Origin: Schmidtea polychroa | Taxonomy: Eukaryota | NCBI GenBank assembly: GCA_044892525.1 | Contig: CM097886.1 | Span: 100,316,001-100,380,000 of the forward strand | DNA: 64,000 nt | Reading direction: 5' to 3' | Part shown: one piece after another, positions 33,501-44,522 of the stretch | Layout of the letters: each line of letters starts with the position of its first letter | Numbering within the stretch: the stretch's first letter is position 1 | Program-made: the position numbers and the translations under genes | The notes under the pieces: model-generated | Told to the model about the DNA's origin: nothing | Databases searched by the model: none | Seen by the model: only the letters and a program-made list of their open reading frames with translations

Positions 33501-33729
33501 AGAGCATGTCAAAAATGGTCTTTCTGCAAGCGTGTGACTGCTTGCAGGATGAATTTACAATGGCACGTGTGCGAGCATTTTTACTGGGATAGTACTAATA
33601 CATACAAACAAAAGTTGGGACCTGTAAACCCTTTTAAACAGCAGTCTTTTGCAGGGATATTTCATTTTCTAGCATAAGCACAACTTTTTAGGCATGTTTG
33701 TAGAAAAAAAAAATTTTCGACCCACCCTA
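30558..33729 (-). mobile_element. Full-length hAT-superfamily transposon (hATm-like, tentative)
   Basis: Perfect 14-bp TIR TAGGGTGGGTCGAA; 8-bp TSD ATATATAT at 30550-30557 and 33730-33737. Confidence 0.9.
31005..33329 (-). CDS. DDE transposase, intact (774 aa)
   Basis: LGFDGKQD, IVCDGTNTNTG, LQWLICLLH (CxxH), CHSQAVERAIK. Confidence 0.9.
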   Translation of the reverse strand: MFRLDVKCLLDLIKKVNLMIHFYFARAEYRRAVMKGQRNKQFRKTRSKSRHCLFGQTCELPRNQLPTCEDVFRDYCYNEKCTQFHTGFNEQATLLANKVKEIYMKASIPTVEFSSIVVRVKRLISKVRELEKYPECKRSSAKFQDKLSSFSKLFDICCCKCFNDGARGRSQCTCRLALKIPTLEWEFWIDQQTTRNMKIGNTDRQETSKLKRKQTKSSPTGKGKQMKYEIMDTEVNDLHPTSRSDTESEAASDESKDKLDNSTESSESSVEECDEFQNRRHYPELSKAVDRCGVSNRDTCLLVNTFLKDMELLSSQTIIDPAKLRRQRKYWREREIEQHSAEAKNLICLGFDGKQDSTLLHRRILKEEHYVIVAFPGDTYIDHVVPQSSKAVDIGKEIMSIIVSTQSSLTLQAIVCDGTNTNTGKNNGIIRRLEKSLGRPLQWLICLLHANELPSRKYFSVVDDGETKGPKTSCGEIGSVLDFDPKDKPVVAFMSLPGKVVDISENVKKELNTDQLYFLRVCLAVQKGYHNNKDVPFLQMAQPGNLNHSRWLTKANRILRLYMSETAPSEPLMRIVKFIVNFYGPSWFYIKTHSSCQDGARNIFYMLQLLQDLDPSDQEIIFPVIQNNNYFSHPENILLAAVGDDDEEIRKFATEKIITARQNFLPSEVIRTMDKNTVFLQSSATSYVDMIDWTKCNLTPPPLLSHILDHELKMNKKITLEQFPCHSQAVERAIKDVSSASCKVFGHKSRHGMVLLCKKSRKELPKVQSKADFM

Positions 33730-34084
33730 ATATATATACCGATGCATTTCAGTCGCAAAAACACTCTTTTTTGCCAAAAGCGAAATACTCCTTTTGCCAA
33801 GAGACACTCACAGTGGCTTCTCTTGGGAAATTTTTTAAATTATTCATAATTTTTTTTAATATCATAAATTATATTTGAAAGTGCAAATTTTATCAAATCT
33901 ATGGCTTTTATAAAATTTACGGCGCCCCCTGTGCTTAGCACAGTTAACACAATGGAAGAGACGGCGCTGCTCTCACCTTTTGTCAAAAGTGAAACACTCT
34001 TTTATCAGGATCACGCTATTGTGTTAAATCTATTTTGTGAAAAGTGTTGAAAGAAGTAAGGATTTTTACATTAATATATGATTT

Positions 34085-34187
34085 ATTTACATCTCCCGTG
34101 TCATATTTAACCGGGAGACGGGAGAGTTGGCAAGCCTAGGGTTATATCGAGAAAATGAGGCTTATTAACTGGTGAACTCATGAAATG
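34085..34187 (+). repeat. 103-bp direct repeat of 29692-29794
   Basis: Near-identical ATTTACATCTCCCGTG...CATGAAATG; includes the MITE right end plus ~50 bp of flank. Confidence 0.9.
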
Positions 34188-34755
34188 AATACGTATGAAT
34201 TTCTTTTTAATTTTATCTTCAAATATTTATAAATGATTTAGAGTGATTGATTGAGATCCACGTTGTTCACGATTTCAACACGAGATCCCAACCAATCCAG
34301 CATCTATGTTAGTGTATGATGTCCACGACCTGCAAACGCAAGAAGTAAAATGATTTACCAACTCGGAGTGGCGGTTGACTGCACTTTGTATACGGTGTAG
34401 TGTATCTGGTTAAAAATACTTCGTGGTGTTGGGCTGAGTCGAAAATTTAATCGTCAAAAAATAGGGAAGTAGAACATTAAGAAAAATAAAAATAAAATAA
34501 ATAAAATCAGAAATAAAATAGAATAAGATATAAGGAAAATAACAATTAAGACATAAGAATTAAAACAAAAAAATAAAACTAAGAAAAGATTAAAATAGAA
34601 CAACAAGTGACAAACAAATAAAGAGGAATTCAAGAAATAATAAGGAAATTAAGGAAATAAATGGAAAACATATTAAAAATAAAGAAAAATATGGAAAAAA
34701 TAACTCAAAAACAAGAAAAATAAATTAAAATAATAAAATAAGGCGGTACTCAATT

Positions 34756-34845
34756 CTGATTGGTCCGCGTAAATAAAAAATCACTATATAAACCAGTACA
34801 AAATCATTAAGATTACCATTCATTCAACAACTGTTATAGGTAAAC
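34756..34845 (+). promoter_or_regulatory. Pol II promoter-like module: inverted CCAAT, TATA, Inr-like sequence, splice donor
   Basis: CTGATTGGTCC 34756-34766, ACTATATAA 34783-34791, AG/GTAAAC at 34840. Same layout as 60499-60576. Confidence 0.55.
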
Positions 34846-35248
34846 ATATTCAAGAGCCAGAACACTTCAGCAAATTAATTCAACTATTCGAGGACACAGC
34901 AAAACAAGGATAACTAAATTTCACAACCAATTTAGACGGACTAGTTTGAAAGCTAAAATCAACGCAATTTTGACTCAGCCTCAACCTCGATCACAAGAGT
35001 AAGGAGTTCTCTATTTTTATTATATCTATTTTTAAGTTAAAAGAAAATTAGAAATGAATTATATTAATTAACAACCTGAATATGATTTTTACTCTCTTCA
35101 TTTGATTGCCGTATTAATATTTAGTAACTTTGATGGTAATTTTAATGGCAGAAATAAACGAATTTATTTAGAAGTTTTTATGTTTTTCTTTATTATGAAC
35201 AAATATTTTATGAGCGATGATGTTATGAATCTAAATATTTTCGAGAAA

Positions 35249-35328
35249 CGTGGAGTTGAGATACTCCATGTCATGGTCTGAGGTGCTTTCGGGAGCTCAG
35301 CCGGTGGACATGGAGTATTTCAATCACG
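35249..35328 (+). ncRNA. pre-miRNA-like long hairpin (candidate)
   Basis: ATACTCCATGTC/GACATGGAGTAT core stem, extended inward by CTGAG/CTCAG and outward by CGTG..TTGA/TCAA.CACG. Confidence 0.35.
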
Positions 35329-37181
35329 CAGCTAGATTGGGCCGAAATGTGAAGGCTTCTTCACGGGTCCAATCGCTGAAGGTGCGACTAAATTCTATGG
35401 AAAAATTGCTCTAGGAAAACCGTAGTCAGACAGTGATTGAAAGGACAGATGTATAAATGAATGCAGTTTTGACAATTCGCACAGTGATTGAGGATGTCAC
35501 CCTATTAGCTCATCGGCTCATTTTCTTGAACCTTATAACATCTTAGTTATTAGAAAAACGTCACCCATTTATTCAGTAAATTCGTCAAAAAATTGGTGTC
35601 ATTTTATAACCTACATTCCCTGAATGCATGGGTTATGGAAAATGGGTCCTGCGACTTTCAACTTCTAGAATTCTATGAATGTAGTCTATCGTATTTTTTC
35701 GCACACAATTAATTTCGATAAATCGGTCGAGAGTATATATGGTAGTGAATCCCAAGAATTAAATAATTCCAAAAAATTACAAAATTACGAAGTATTTCTA
35801 AATTCAATTCAACAAAAATTTATTTATTACAAACAGAAAACTAGTTCAAGGCCATACCTTTCCCATAGATCGAGCAGACGATGTCTAAGACCTAATTGCG
35901 AAATTCACGAATCCAATGAGTAAAGTCCAAATTTCCAGGGTAGTACCGAGAGGGGTCGAATGTAGTTTTCTCCATTACCTTTTTTATTGATCATCGAAAA
36001 TTCCAGCAAGAGTACAAATTTGGATTCTAACTGCATATTGAGAAACATCAGCAGTAGCTAGAGAAATTCTACAAAATCCACTGCACAATGAGAATCGGAT
36101 AACATATGAGTAGCGGGATGATGATGAAATTAGCAGCAAACGCGATAAAATCCAAAATTCATTTCAAGTGATAAACGACCACACGCAAATTCACATTGAT
36201 ACAGCAAACATACGAGGAATCACATAACGCATACATATAACACCCCGGCATGGAGAACATTCACATGAGAGGCATGAGTAAATCCTCAGGTAAATATCTT
36301 CAGCGACATACTCGACAATATGCCATATTGATAATAATCTTTCCTCTCTATGAGATAATGACGAATGGATAGCAACTGGTCTGAGACGATTGTACTCAGG
36401 CTATCGCTTCACATATATCACTAGATAACGATGTGACCTAGATTAATTATCAGATAATCACGGACAATTATAACCATTTCCGATCACCAATAGGAATTTT
36501 CAATTAATTATAAAGTATTGATGTTTGAATGTTAGAATAATTCAAATTAGATTTTTAGGTAATATTGATAAGTTCACTTTTAATCACCAATAGGAATTTT
36601 AAATTAATTATAAATTATTTAGATTTTAGATATTTAAAATTAGACGTTAGGTAATATTAATAATCTCATCTAGCAGACCACATAAATAATCATATAAAAT
36701 TTTAACAAAGCGCGATAAGTAATGTATCGAAGTTTTTATTAGACAACATAATATCACCATTATTTCTAATAATTTTCCAAATATCGTCAATCTTTAAACT
36801 ATCACATATAAGGTTGTGCGAGTAGGTGACAGGGTCACGAGCATTGGAAAGGTTGTTAGTGTCGAGGTCTCGTAAATTTTGATCATAAATGAAATTCTAG
36901 GTCAATAGGAAAATTTTAGGGTTTGTAAAGGTACCCCTGAACCTGTATTAATCGAATTGCATTCGTCAAATCAGTATAGTTCGATTAGGTAAAGAATTGT
37001 ATTCCGTCAACCTAGTGTTATTTAAGGGGATTAAGTAATTTTGCGCACCATCTAAATCGACGAATAAGGTCATCCATTGTGGTTTAGCGGCCGAATATCC
37101 ACGGGCAGTCGACTATTCGTATCTCACTTATTTCTTCAACTATGTATATATTACTTCTTGACCTCATTCTTTATAGCGAGC

Positions 37182-37649
37182 ATGATATCAACCACCAAAC
37201 CTGCGTTACGCCCGTGCTTCTCTTGTGCGGATAAAAACGCGATAATAAAGGACCTACAAGCCCAGATAGGACGTTACAAGAGGAAGATAGACGAGCTGGA
37301 AGGGACATGGTTTAGTCCCGCTCGGATGAAGGAGATCCAAAAGAAGCTCGATCGCAGCGAGCATTGCCGGGACGCGCTGATATCCGAGAGCCGTGCCCAA
37401 AGAAGTCTCATCAAAGACCAGTCCGAGGCACTGCATAAGGTTTACGTGCAGGCGGCTACAACCCGAAAAATAGTGCAGGTTCCTATTCAAGAGGCCGATA
37501 ATATCTTCCCGCCTCATCACAACCCTTCATTGAATTCATCTCCACCATTCAAGAGACCGTGCCGAGACTGTGTGGAAACCGAACTTTCACCTAAGCGGCC
37601 GGACGTAATCCTAACCCAACTTAGTTTGATGATAAATGTTTCAAATTGA
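37182..37649 (+). CDS. Unknown coiled-coil ORF with CxxC motifs (track ORF starts at 37077)
   Basis: Higher GC than flanks; heptad-rich centre flanked by CFSC and CRDC. Confidence 0.4.
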   Translation: MISTTKPALRPCFSCADKNAIIKDLQAQIGRYKRKIDELEGTWFSPARMKEIQKKLDRSEHCRDALISESRAQRSLIKDQSEALHKVYVQAATTRKIVQVPIQEADNIFPPHHNPSLNSSPPFKRPCRDCVETELSPKRPDVILTQLSLMINVSN

Positions 37650-38707
37650 TTTATTTGCGGTTACAACGGACTTCTTGGTTCGGCTGTAGCTGCATTACTT
37701 ACATAACAATAGGGCTTATCGTAATGAGCACAGTGTGGCCACGAAAGTAAGCAAAAATATTTTGTTAATTTGATCTTTTACATGCAGTAATAATATATCT
37801 AAACGTACATTCAAAGTCATTTACTACGACACAACACTAGGACATTAAACGGGCAGGACCACAGACTCAATATGATCACACTACAAAGCTTGTTATCGAT
37901 AATCCTAATTAGCTCTAAACTATCAGTAATATCGGATAAAGAGATCCCCCTTAAATATGTTAAAAATCAAAATGCCCACGGAACTAATTTCAATAGGCGT
38001 AATTTTATGATCGTTAAAATGGGTGCTATCATCAATTCCAATGCCTCGACTTTTGAAAATATGCTACTATTCATTAATAAATTGCTACCTTTAGTTCTAA
38101 TCTTCATGATCTTGCATTTATATTAATACATTTAATTTAATGTGGATATGTTATCTAAATAATTGGTGTGAATTATTCAACTACTGATAACTGAAAATTG
38201 CTAATTATACATTAAAAAGTACAAATTTTATAATGCTATTCTCCCAGTGTTTATCAATCCACACTCAAAGCTCACAGGAAAAATGTACATATGTAGGTGA
38301 AGGTGACACTTCTTGTCCACCACTGGAGAACGACAACTCTCAGATAGTTGACTTGAGGAACAAAGTAGGGGGTTTCGTGGACTTATCTGGGGTAGATATT
38401 GTAGAACTAGCAGTTGATCAAGATGATATAGTTAACATGGTTATTGATTCAAATAATCCAAATAGGTGTTACGTTGGACGTCACATAGAAAAACTAAATA
38501 CAAATAATTAAAAACATCACAATACCGAAATAAAGTAAATGACTAAGTTCTACATAATATGAAATAAAAGTCAAAAGGTAAATAACATGTCAACATAAAT
38601 TTTTTGAATATGATGATTAGCTCGTTTATTACATAATGAGATAAAGACAAATTTTATTTACTAATATAAAACCCTGTCAAATTTCGATACTTCACTGCGG
38701 ATAAAAT

Positions 38708-39718
38708 TTACTGTAGGATTTGGAATATGGTAGAGGCTGAATGACTCCAGATGAGGCTGAAACTGCACTTGCCATACCGGTTACAATGGCGGCATGGCAT
38801 TGGTAAATATAGCAAAGTTCTCTGTACCCAATTACATTCAATCATATCGTCATTTATGTTATATCCAGGTCGCTGACTGATAGCTCTTGCAGCTGCTTCA
38901 TGAGAAGCGAAATTAATAAATACATGGCCTTTCTCTGGATCCACTTTAACACTATCAATTCTGCCGAAGTCTTGAAAATGGCAAATTTAGTAATTCTTCC
39001 GTTAGATTTTCTCCAGCTACATCGACATTCGTATTGGTTCATTTTTAAATTCATAATAACACATAATCAATTTATTTCTGAATAATAACAGTTTTTCCGT
39101 GTCCATACCAGGAGATAATGTCATCATTGAACAACTTAATGGTCGCATCTCGGTTGATTGGGTAGAAAACTGCTTAATATCCGCAACAGAACGACTTATT
39201 ATGTCGCAAGGCATTTCATATCCATGTTTATATCTAAATCGAGCTGCTTCCATTTGTGCACGGATCATACCGGTCATAACACTTCCAGTACTTTCAGTAA
39301 TATTAAACAATCTTGTAGCTGAACTCTTCTCAATCATTTTATCTGGAACCTGTCTTTGTGTAGCTACACATAAATTTGATCTCATATTATTCCTTTCTGA
39401 ACACAAAACAATATCGATTCGGCCATTTTGATCAGGTACAGATTGAACTAATTGCCGGTCTCGAGAAAATGTGATTAGAGAGAATCCATTACCCAGAATT
39501 TTAATAGATTTGATAGATCTGATAACATCGTCTTTACAAATAGTTTCTATTTCCATTTTGCTGCGGGTTCTATTCAACCTTGCCACTAAATCATCGAGAA
39601 CCATCAATACCCTGTTATATTTAGATGTTGCCATCTTTAATCGGAAGCTCATAATACAAAACGAAAAACCAAATCCATAAGAATTCAACAACTCGAGTTC
39701 CATTGCCATCTTTAACAA
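38708..39718 (-). pseudogene. Diverged TIA-1/TIAR-like multi-RRM gene, frameshifted
   Basis: Reconstructed RRM3 NTNVDVAGENLTEELL..HFQDFGRIDSVKVDPEKGHVFINFASHEAAARAI...IECNW parallels TIA-1 RRM3 ([21 protein letters not shown]...VKCYW). Weaker RRM1-like GFSLITF...NGR lies upstream. Confidence 0.6.
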
Positions 39719-40022
39719 CTCTCTTTATTGCAATAGTCACATGTATTCAAATTAATCATCATTCATTCCAAACGTCGATAAAATTCCAACTCTAATTAAC
39801 AAATTCAAAATCGATAAAAAATCTAAAATCTAAAAGATTAACAACTTACCTCTTGCTCGCGTCTGTGTGTGCACACAGCCAAACACAAAGAAAAGAAAAG
39901 CGCACACAGACACAAGGATCGGATTAAAAATTTCTACATTTTAATTTTACGCGTCTGTGTGCGCACACAACCAAAACAAAGAAAAAAGCTCACACAGACG
40001 CGAGACAACTAATAATTTACCG
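39036..40022 (-). repeat. 3' LTR of BEL element (termini altered to CG...CC)
   Basis: Near-identical to 43025-44035 apart from a 24-bp in-frame deletion and scattered substitutions. Confidence 0.85.
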
Positions 40023-40034
40023 TCCTCCTCCCTT
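40023..40034 (-). other. Polypurine tract AAGGGAGGAGGA
   Basis: Purine run abutting the 3' LTR on the minus strand. Confidence 0.75.
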
Positions 40035-40118
40035 GACACCTTAGTGTCAATCTCAAATCCCCATCAGCTTCTCCTTCTTCTTTTATACTCCAACATAATT
40101 TGAATTCCAGTGTCAGTT

Positions 40119-40272
40119 TATCCCTTTTCCCCTTCATTTCTTGCACTTCCCTCGCCATTTTATCCCTTTTCCCCTTCATTTTCTGCATTGCCCTCGCCAT
40201 TTTATCCCTTCTCCCCTCCATTTTCTGCATTTCCCTTGCCATTTTATCCCTTTCCCCCTTCATTTCCTGCAT
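40119..40272 (-). repeat. 42-bp tandem repeat (MQ.MKG.RDKMAR. peptide) in the BEL 3' internal region
   Basis: About 3.7 copies with 14-aa periodicity in ORF 40009-40272. Confidence 0.8.
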
Positions 40273-40783
40273 TATGGCTCAATCTCCAATAACCCTCACA
40301 CACCCATCTTTGTATTATATAAGCAGCCGCCCCACGCACCTTTTTTGAAAGATCATTGTGGATTCTGCACCCACCAATGCCATACTCGGCCAAGCAGCTG
40401 TCCATGTTCAGGTTGTTTAGGTGTAATCTCTCCATTATTCTCTCTCCGTTTTTCGCCAATTCAATATTCCACCCTTTTCCTTGTTGCATTTCATTTAGTG
40501 ACCAGTTTTCACTTAATGTTTTTATATGCATTCTACAAAGTCGTTCTTTGATTGCTTCGTGTTTCGATTCCCCAATCAACCCCTTGTCTTTCATGTACAT
40601 CTTTAGAGGCGTGCAAGCGAGTTCCAGTGATCCTTGTTGTTTTAAACTGTTCGATGATTCGTTCAATTTCTCCAAAACTTCTTTGGCCCCTTGATCATTA
40701 TCACGTACAGTTTCCCATGATTTCCCATATACCATACTGGTCTCCTTGTTTTGCCTCTCCCCTTTGGAGTCTTCTGCCCCTTT

Positions 40784-42510
40784 TCAATTATCACGTTCTT
40801 CTTTTAATCGATTAACTTCCCCTTCGTCGCCCTGCATATCATTAACCGCCGCCTCGGGCGTTAAATCCTCTGATTCTGGTTTGTCTTTTTCCCAATTACT
40901 CATCACTTCCGTTGTCTTCGGTTCCACAATTTTATCGTCGGATAATTTTATGATCTCACCAGCCCGGCAAGCCTCATTTTGCTTTTCCCCTGTATTCATT
41001 TTTCCTTGAACATTTTGTGTGATTGTCATAACGTTAACTAATTCCTTAGTTCTTCCAGAATTGAATATTTGCCCATCTAAATGACTCTGAGCTCCTTGCT
41101 CTTCATTAGATGCCTTACTCCTGTCGAGTGGCGTGTCCTCAATTCCTCGAGATGCCCGTAACTCGTCATTGAACATTTCAGTTACCGCAAAATAACTCTG
41201 AACCGTCCTCATTGATGCGTTTTCATTTAATAATTCGTTGTGTCTTTGCTTACATCCGGTAACCTTGCAGAAAGATTCTTTACGACATTCCTTGGCCATG
41301 TGATTTCTTTTGAAGCAATTCCTGCACAGTTTCTTTTCTTCGATGACTCTCTTCCTTTCTGAAATTGTGAGTTGCTTAAACTTGTCACATTGGTCTAGGT
41401 AATGTTGACCACTACATTGTACACACTCTGATCTATAGCCGTTGGAGTTATTCACCTGTATAACCGTTCCACTTTTAACTCTGCCATCTGGTTGCCCCGT
41501 AAAATGCGTCCAACCTCCTGGATTGAAGCTTTCTCTTTCTCTAGACACACATTCTACTCTTGGCCCATCATAAGCCCTGGTGCATGGTTGAGTCCCATAC
41601 ACGACCTCGTTAGTGGACCTTAGGATCTCCGCTTCTTGTTGTATCCATCTTCTCAAATCCTCTATCGTCTCCCGCAATTCCTTTTCTATTTTCTCTTTCT
41701 TCCATTTATACACAAGATCCGTTGTTAACTTGCCCAAACACTTTTGAAACAGATATCCAGTCTTTAACTCGGATTCTTTCCCAGTGGATTTAAATCGCAC
41801 GGTGACGGTTTCTAATAATCCAACAAATAAGTCTAGATCCTTCAAATCTCCTTCTCGAATTGGCCTGAACTGGTCCATCTCCTCTAACATTGATAAATAT
41901 ATCCTTTCATCCCCACCATATCGCCTATCCAACTTCTCTTTTGCCATTTGATAAGCCTCTGCCGAATATCCTAGATTTTCAATTAACTTTAATGGCTCTC
42001 CGTGAAGGTACTTGTGCAGGTGAAACATCTTTTCAACCTCATCACCTTCCGCTTCGTCAATACACGCCGTAAAAGCTGCTTTCCATGATTCGTACTCTTT
42101 CATCTTGCCTTCAAAGACAGATATTGTAATTTTCTGTAAACTTTCCAGTTTCTTTTATGCACGGAATTATTCTTCTTGATTGTATCATCATTCTCATTTT
42201 CCTTCTTTTCCATAATAGATTGATTTGCTTTTCTTTCCATCAATGCCCCAATTATTTGATGTTTTTCCTCGATCTCCTGCAGGTCTTTATCTAAGATTGC
42301 AGTGATCTCCAATCTATGCAATTTTTCACTGATCGTTCTCAGATCCTTTAATTCTTCATCTAGACTCTCCTTTTGATCTTCATATTCCTCCAACCATTTG
42401 CTAACTTCCTTCCCCTTTATATCATTGATAATCTTGTTTCTCAATCTCGTTAATTTTCCTTATTTCATTCTCTTTTTCCACAATTCTTCTTCTAAAATCT
42501 CTTCGTCATT
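40784..42510 (-). pseudogene. gag: BEL/Pao Gag with stop and frameshift
   Basis: LQKITISVFEG..EYESWKAAF (DUF1759-type); triple Cys-His cluster CVQC..QHYLDQC...LCRNCF..NH.A.EC....CKV.GC...HNELL. Confidence 0.88.
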
Positions 42511-42735
42511 GCCACCGCACAGCCTGAGTGACAAATGAAGTGTCGACCCTACTTGTTTCCTATAATCGTTCAATCTTCTTTTATTTTCTAACTGCTTTCC
42601 TGCGTATACTAACATTTGATAATTTACCGGAATTCCTTCTTTGTCCTGGATTTTTCATTTTACCTTTTCAATTGAGTCGTTCCATTCAACGTTAAGAGAA
42701 ATTGTCTTACCAGTAAGAGCTTTGACAAATATTTG
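42511..42735 (-). pseudogene. Ubiquitin-like domain in frame upstream of BEL Gag (one internal TGA); missed by the ORF track
   Basis: [74 protein letters not shown] aligns gap-free to ubiquitin residues 2-76. Confidence 0.9.
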
Positions 42736-43006
42736 ACTTTCCCATCGCTACTCAAAACCCATTACCCCACTCGCCCTCACCCTTGACTCAGCTCTGTTCT
42801 TTACCCTGTTCCCCTGGCTTCCCCCTTTAAAAGAGTGCTGGGGCCCATAGCAGCACTTTCCCACGCTCGGTAGGGAAGGGAGGATGATTAATTTTACAAA
42901 AATATTATTAAACATATAATACGCATAATATACACATAATATACATGAACACAAAAAAGACATTTTATAAGACATATTAATTACCTTGTTCCGGCTGGCT
43001 AGCCGG

Positions 43007-43024
43007 AACCACGCTCTGCTACAA
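43007..43024 (-). other. Primer-binding site, tRNA-iMet type
   Basis: TTGTAGCAGAGCGTGGTT directly after the LTR end ...TGAACA; one mismatch to TGGTAGCAGAG. Confidence 0.75.
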
Positions 43025-44035
43025 TGTTCATTTTTAAATTCATAATAACACATAATCAATTTATTTCTGAATAATAACAGTTTTTCCGTGTCCATACCAG
43101 GAGATAATGTCATCATTGAACAACTTAATGGTCGCATCTCGGTTGATTGGGTAGAAAACTGCTTAATATCCGCAACAGAACGACTTATTATGTCGCAAGG
43201 CATTTCATATCCATGTTTATATCTAAATCGAGCTGCTTCCATTTGTGCACGACATACTTGAGATCGATAATCAGGGATCATACCGGTCATAACACTTCCA
43301 GTACTTTCAGTAATATTAAACAATCTTGTAGCTGAACTCTTCTCAATCATTTTATCTGGAACCTGTCTTTGTATAGCTACACATAAATTTGATCTCATAT
43401 TATTCCTTTCTGAACACAAAACAATATCGATTCGGTCATTTTGATCAGGTACAGATTGAACTAATTGCCGGTCTCGAGAAAATGTGATTAGAGAGAATCC
43501 ATTACCCAGAATTTTAATAGATTTGATAGATCTGATAACATCGTCTTTACAAATAGTTTCTATTTCCATTTTGCTGCGGGTTCTATTCAACCTTGCCACT
43601 AAATCATCGAGAACCATCAATCCCCTGTTATATTTAGATGTTGCCATCTTTAATCGGAAGCTCATAATACAAAACGAAAAACCAAATCCATAAGAATTCA
43701 ACAACTCGAGTTCCATTGCCATCTTTAACAACTCTCTTTATTGCAATAGTCACATGTATTCAAATTAATCATCATTCATTCCAAACGTCGATAAAATTCC
43801 AACTCTAATTAACAAATTCAAAATCGATAAAAAATCTAAAATCTAAAAGATTAACAACTTACCTCTTGCTCGCGTCTGTGTGTGCACACAGCCAAACACA
43901 AAGAAAAGAAAAGCGCACACAAACGCGAGGATTGGATTAAAAATTTCTACATTTTAATTTTACGCGTCTGTGTGCGCACACAACCAAAACAAAGAAAAAA
44001 GCGCACACAGATGCGAGACAACTAATAATTTACCA
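43025..44035 (-). repeat. 5' LTR of BEL element (TG...CA)
   Basis: On the minus strand it begins TGGTAAATT and ends TGAACA; it carries the RRM-like ORF that reads on to 42748. Confidence 0.85.
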
Positions 44036-44522
44036 GAGTTTCTTTGTAAACTAGTTCATATGGTTGTGGAGTACATTTCATGAACAGTTCACCGTCAAGA
44101 CCATTTCTCGTTGCCCAATTCCATTTACATTGTACGATCATGAAACCAAGACCACCTAGTCAAAATACTGCAACAACTGCAAAATAACAATACACACAAA
44201 TTTCTAGTTATCTGAAACTCGTAGAAATCGATTTGACTGGAGAAGTAAATAATGAAATTAAACATCATGAAAATCCCAAGCATCTAACTTCGATGCTTGA
44301 GGCTCCCATGATAGGTTATCATGACCGCCTGCAGCGCTGGCGTAACCAGCGGATATGATAATTTTGGGTATATTAAATGCCTAGAGTTAGTGGTGAATCA
44401 AATATATGGGGAAAATAAGAATAGAATAAAATACAAAACAAAAAAAATATATTTTCTCATTAAAACAGAGTATTACATATTGGTGGTATCATTATAATTA
44501 TTATGGGAAAATAAAATAAAAT

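Larger units (their letters stand above)
39036..44035 (-). mobile_element. Non-autonomous gag-only BEL/Pao LTR retrotransposon
   Basis: ~1-kb direct repeats, PBS next to the 5' repeat, PPT next to the 3' repeat, BEL-type gag, no pol. No clean TSD (GTATT versus GAGTT). Confidence 0.82.

Noticed and set aside
33811-33969. Possible hAT MITE (CAGTGGCTTCTCTT / CAGCGCCGTCTCTT ends)
   Set aside because: TIR match is weak and no 8-bp TSD could be found.
40100-40815. Several plus-strand Phe/Pro/Leu-rich ORFs
   Set aside because: Antisense shadows of the purine-rich BEL internal region and its 42-bp repeat.
42748-43024. C-terminal 90 aa of the 327-aa ORF as a real domain
   Set aside because: It is read-through from the LTR ORF across the PBS and leader, with no motif.
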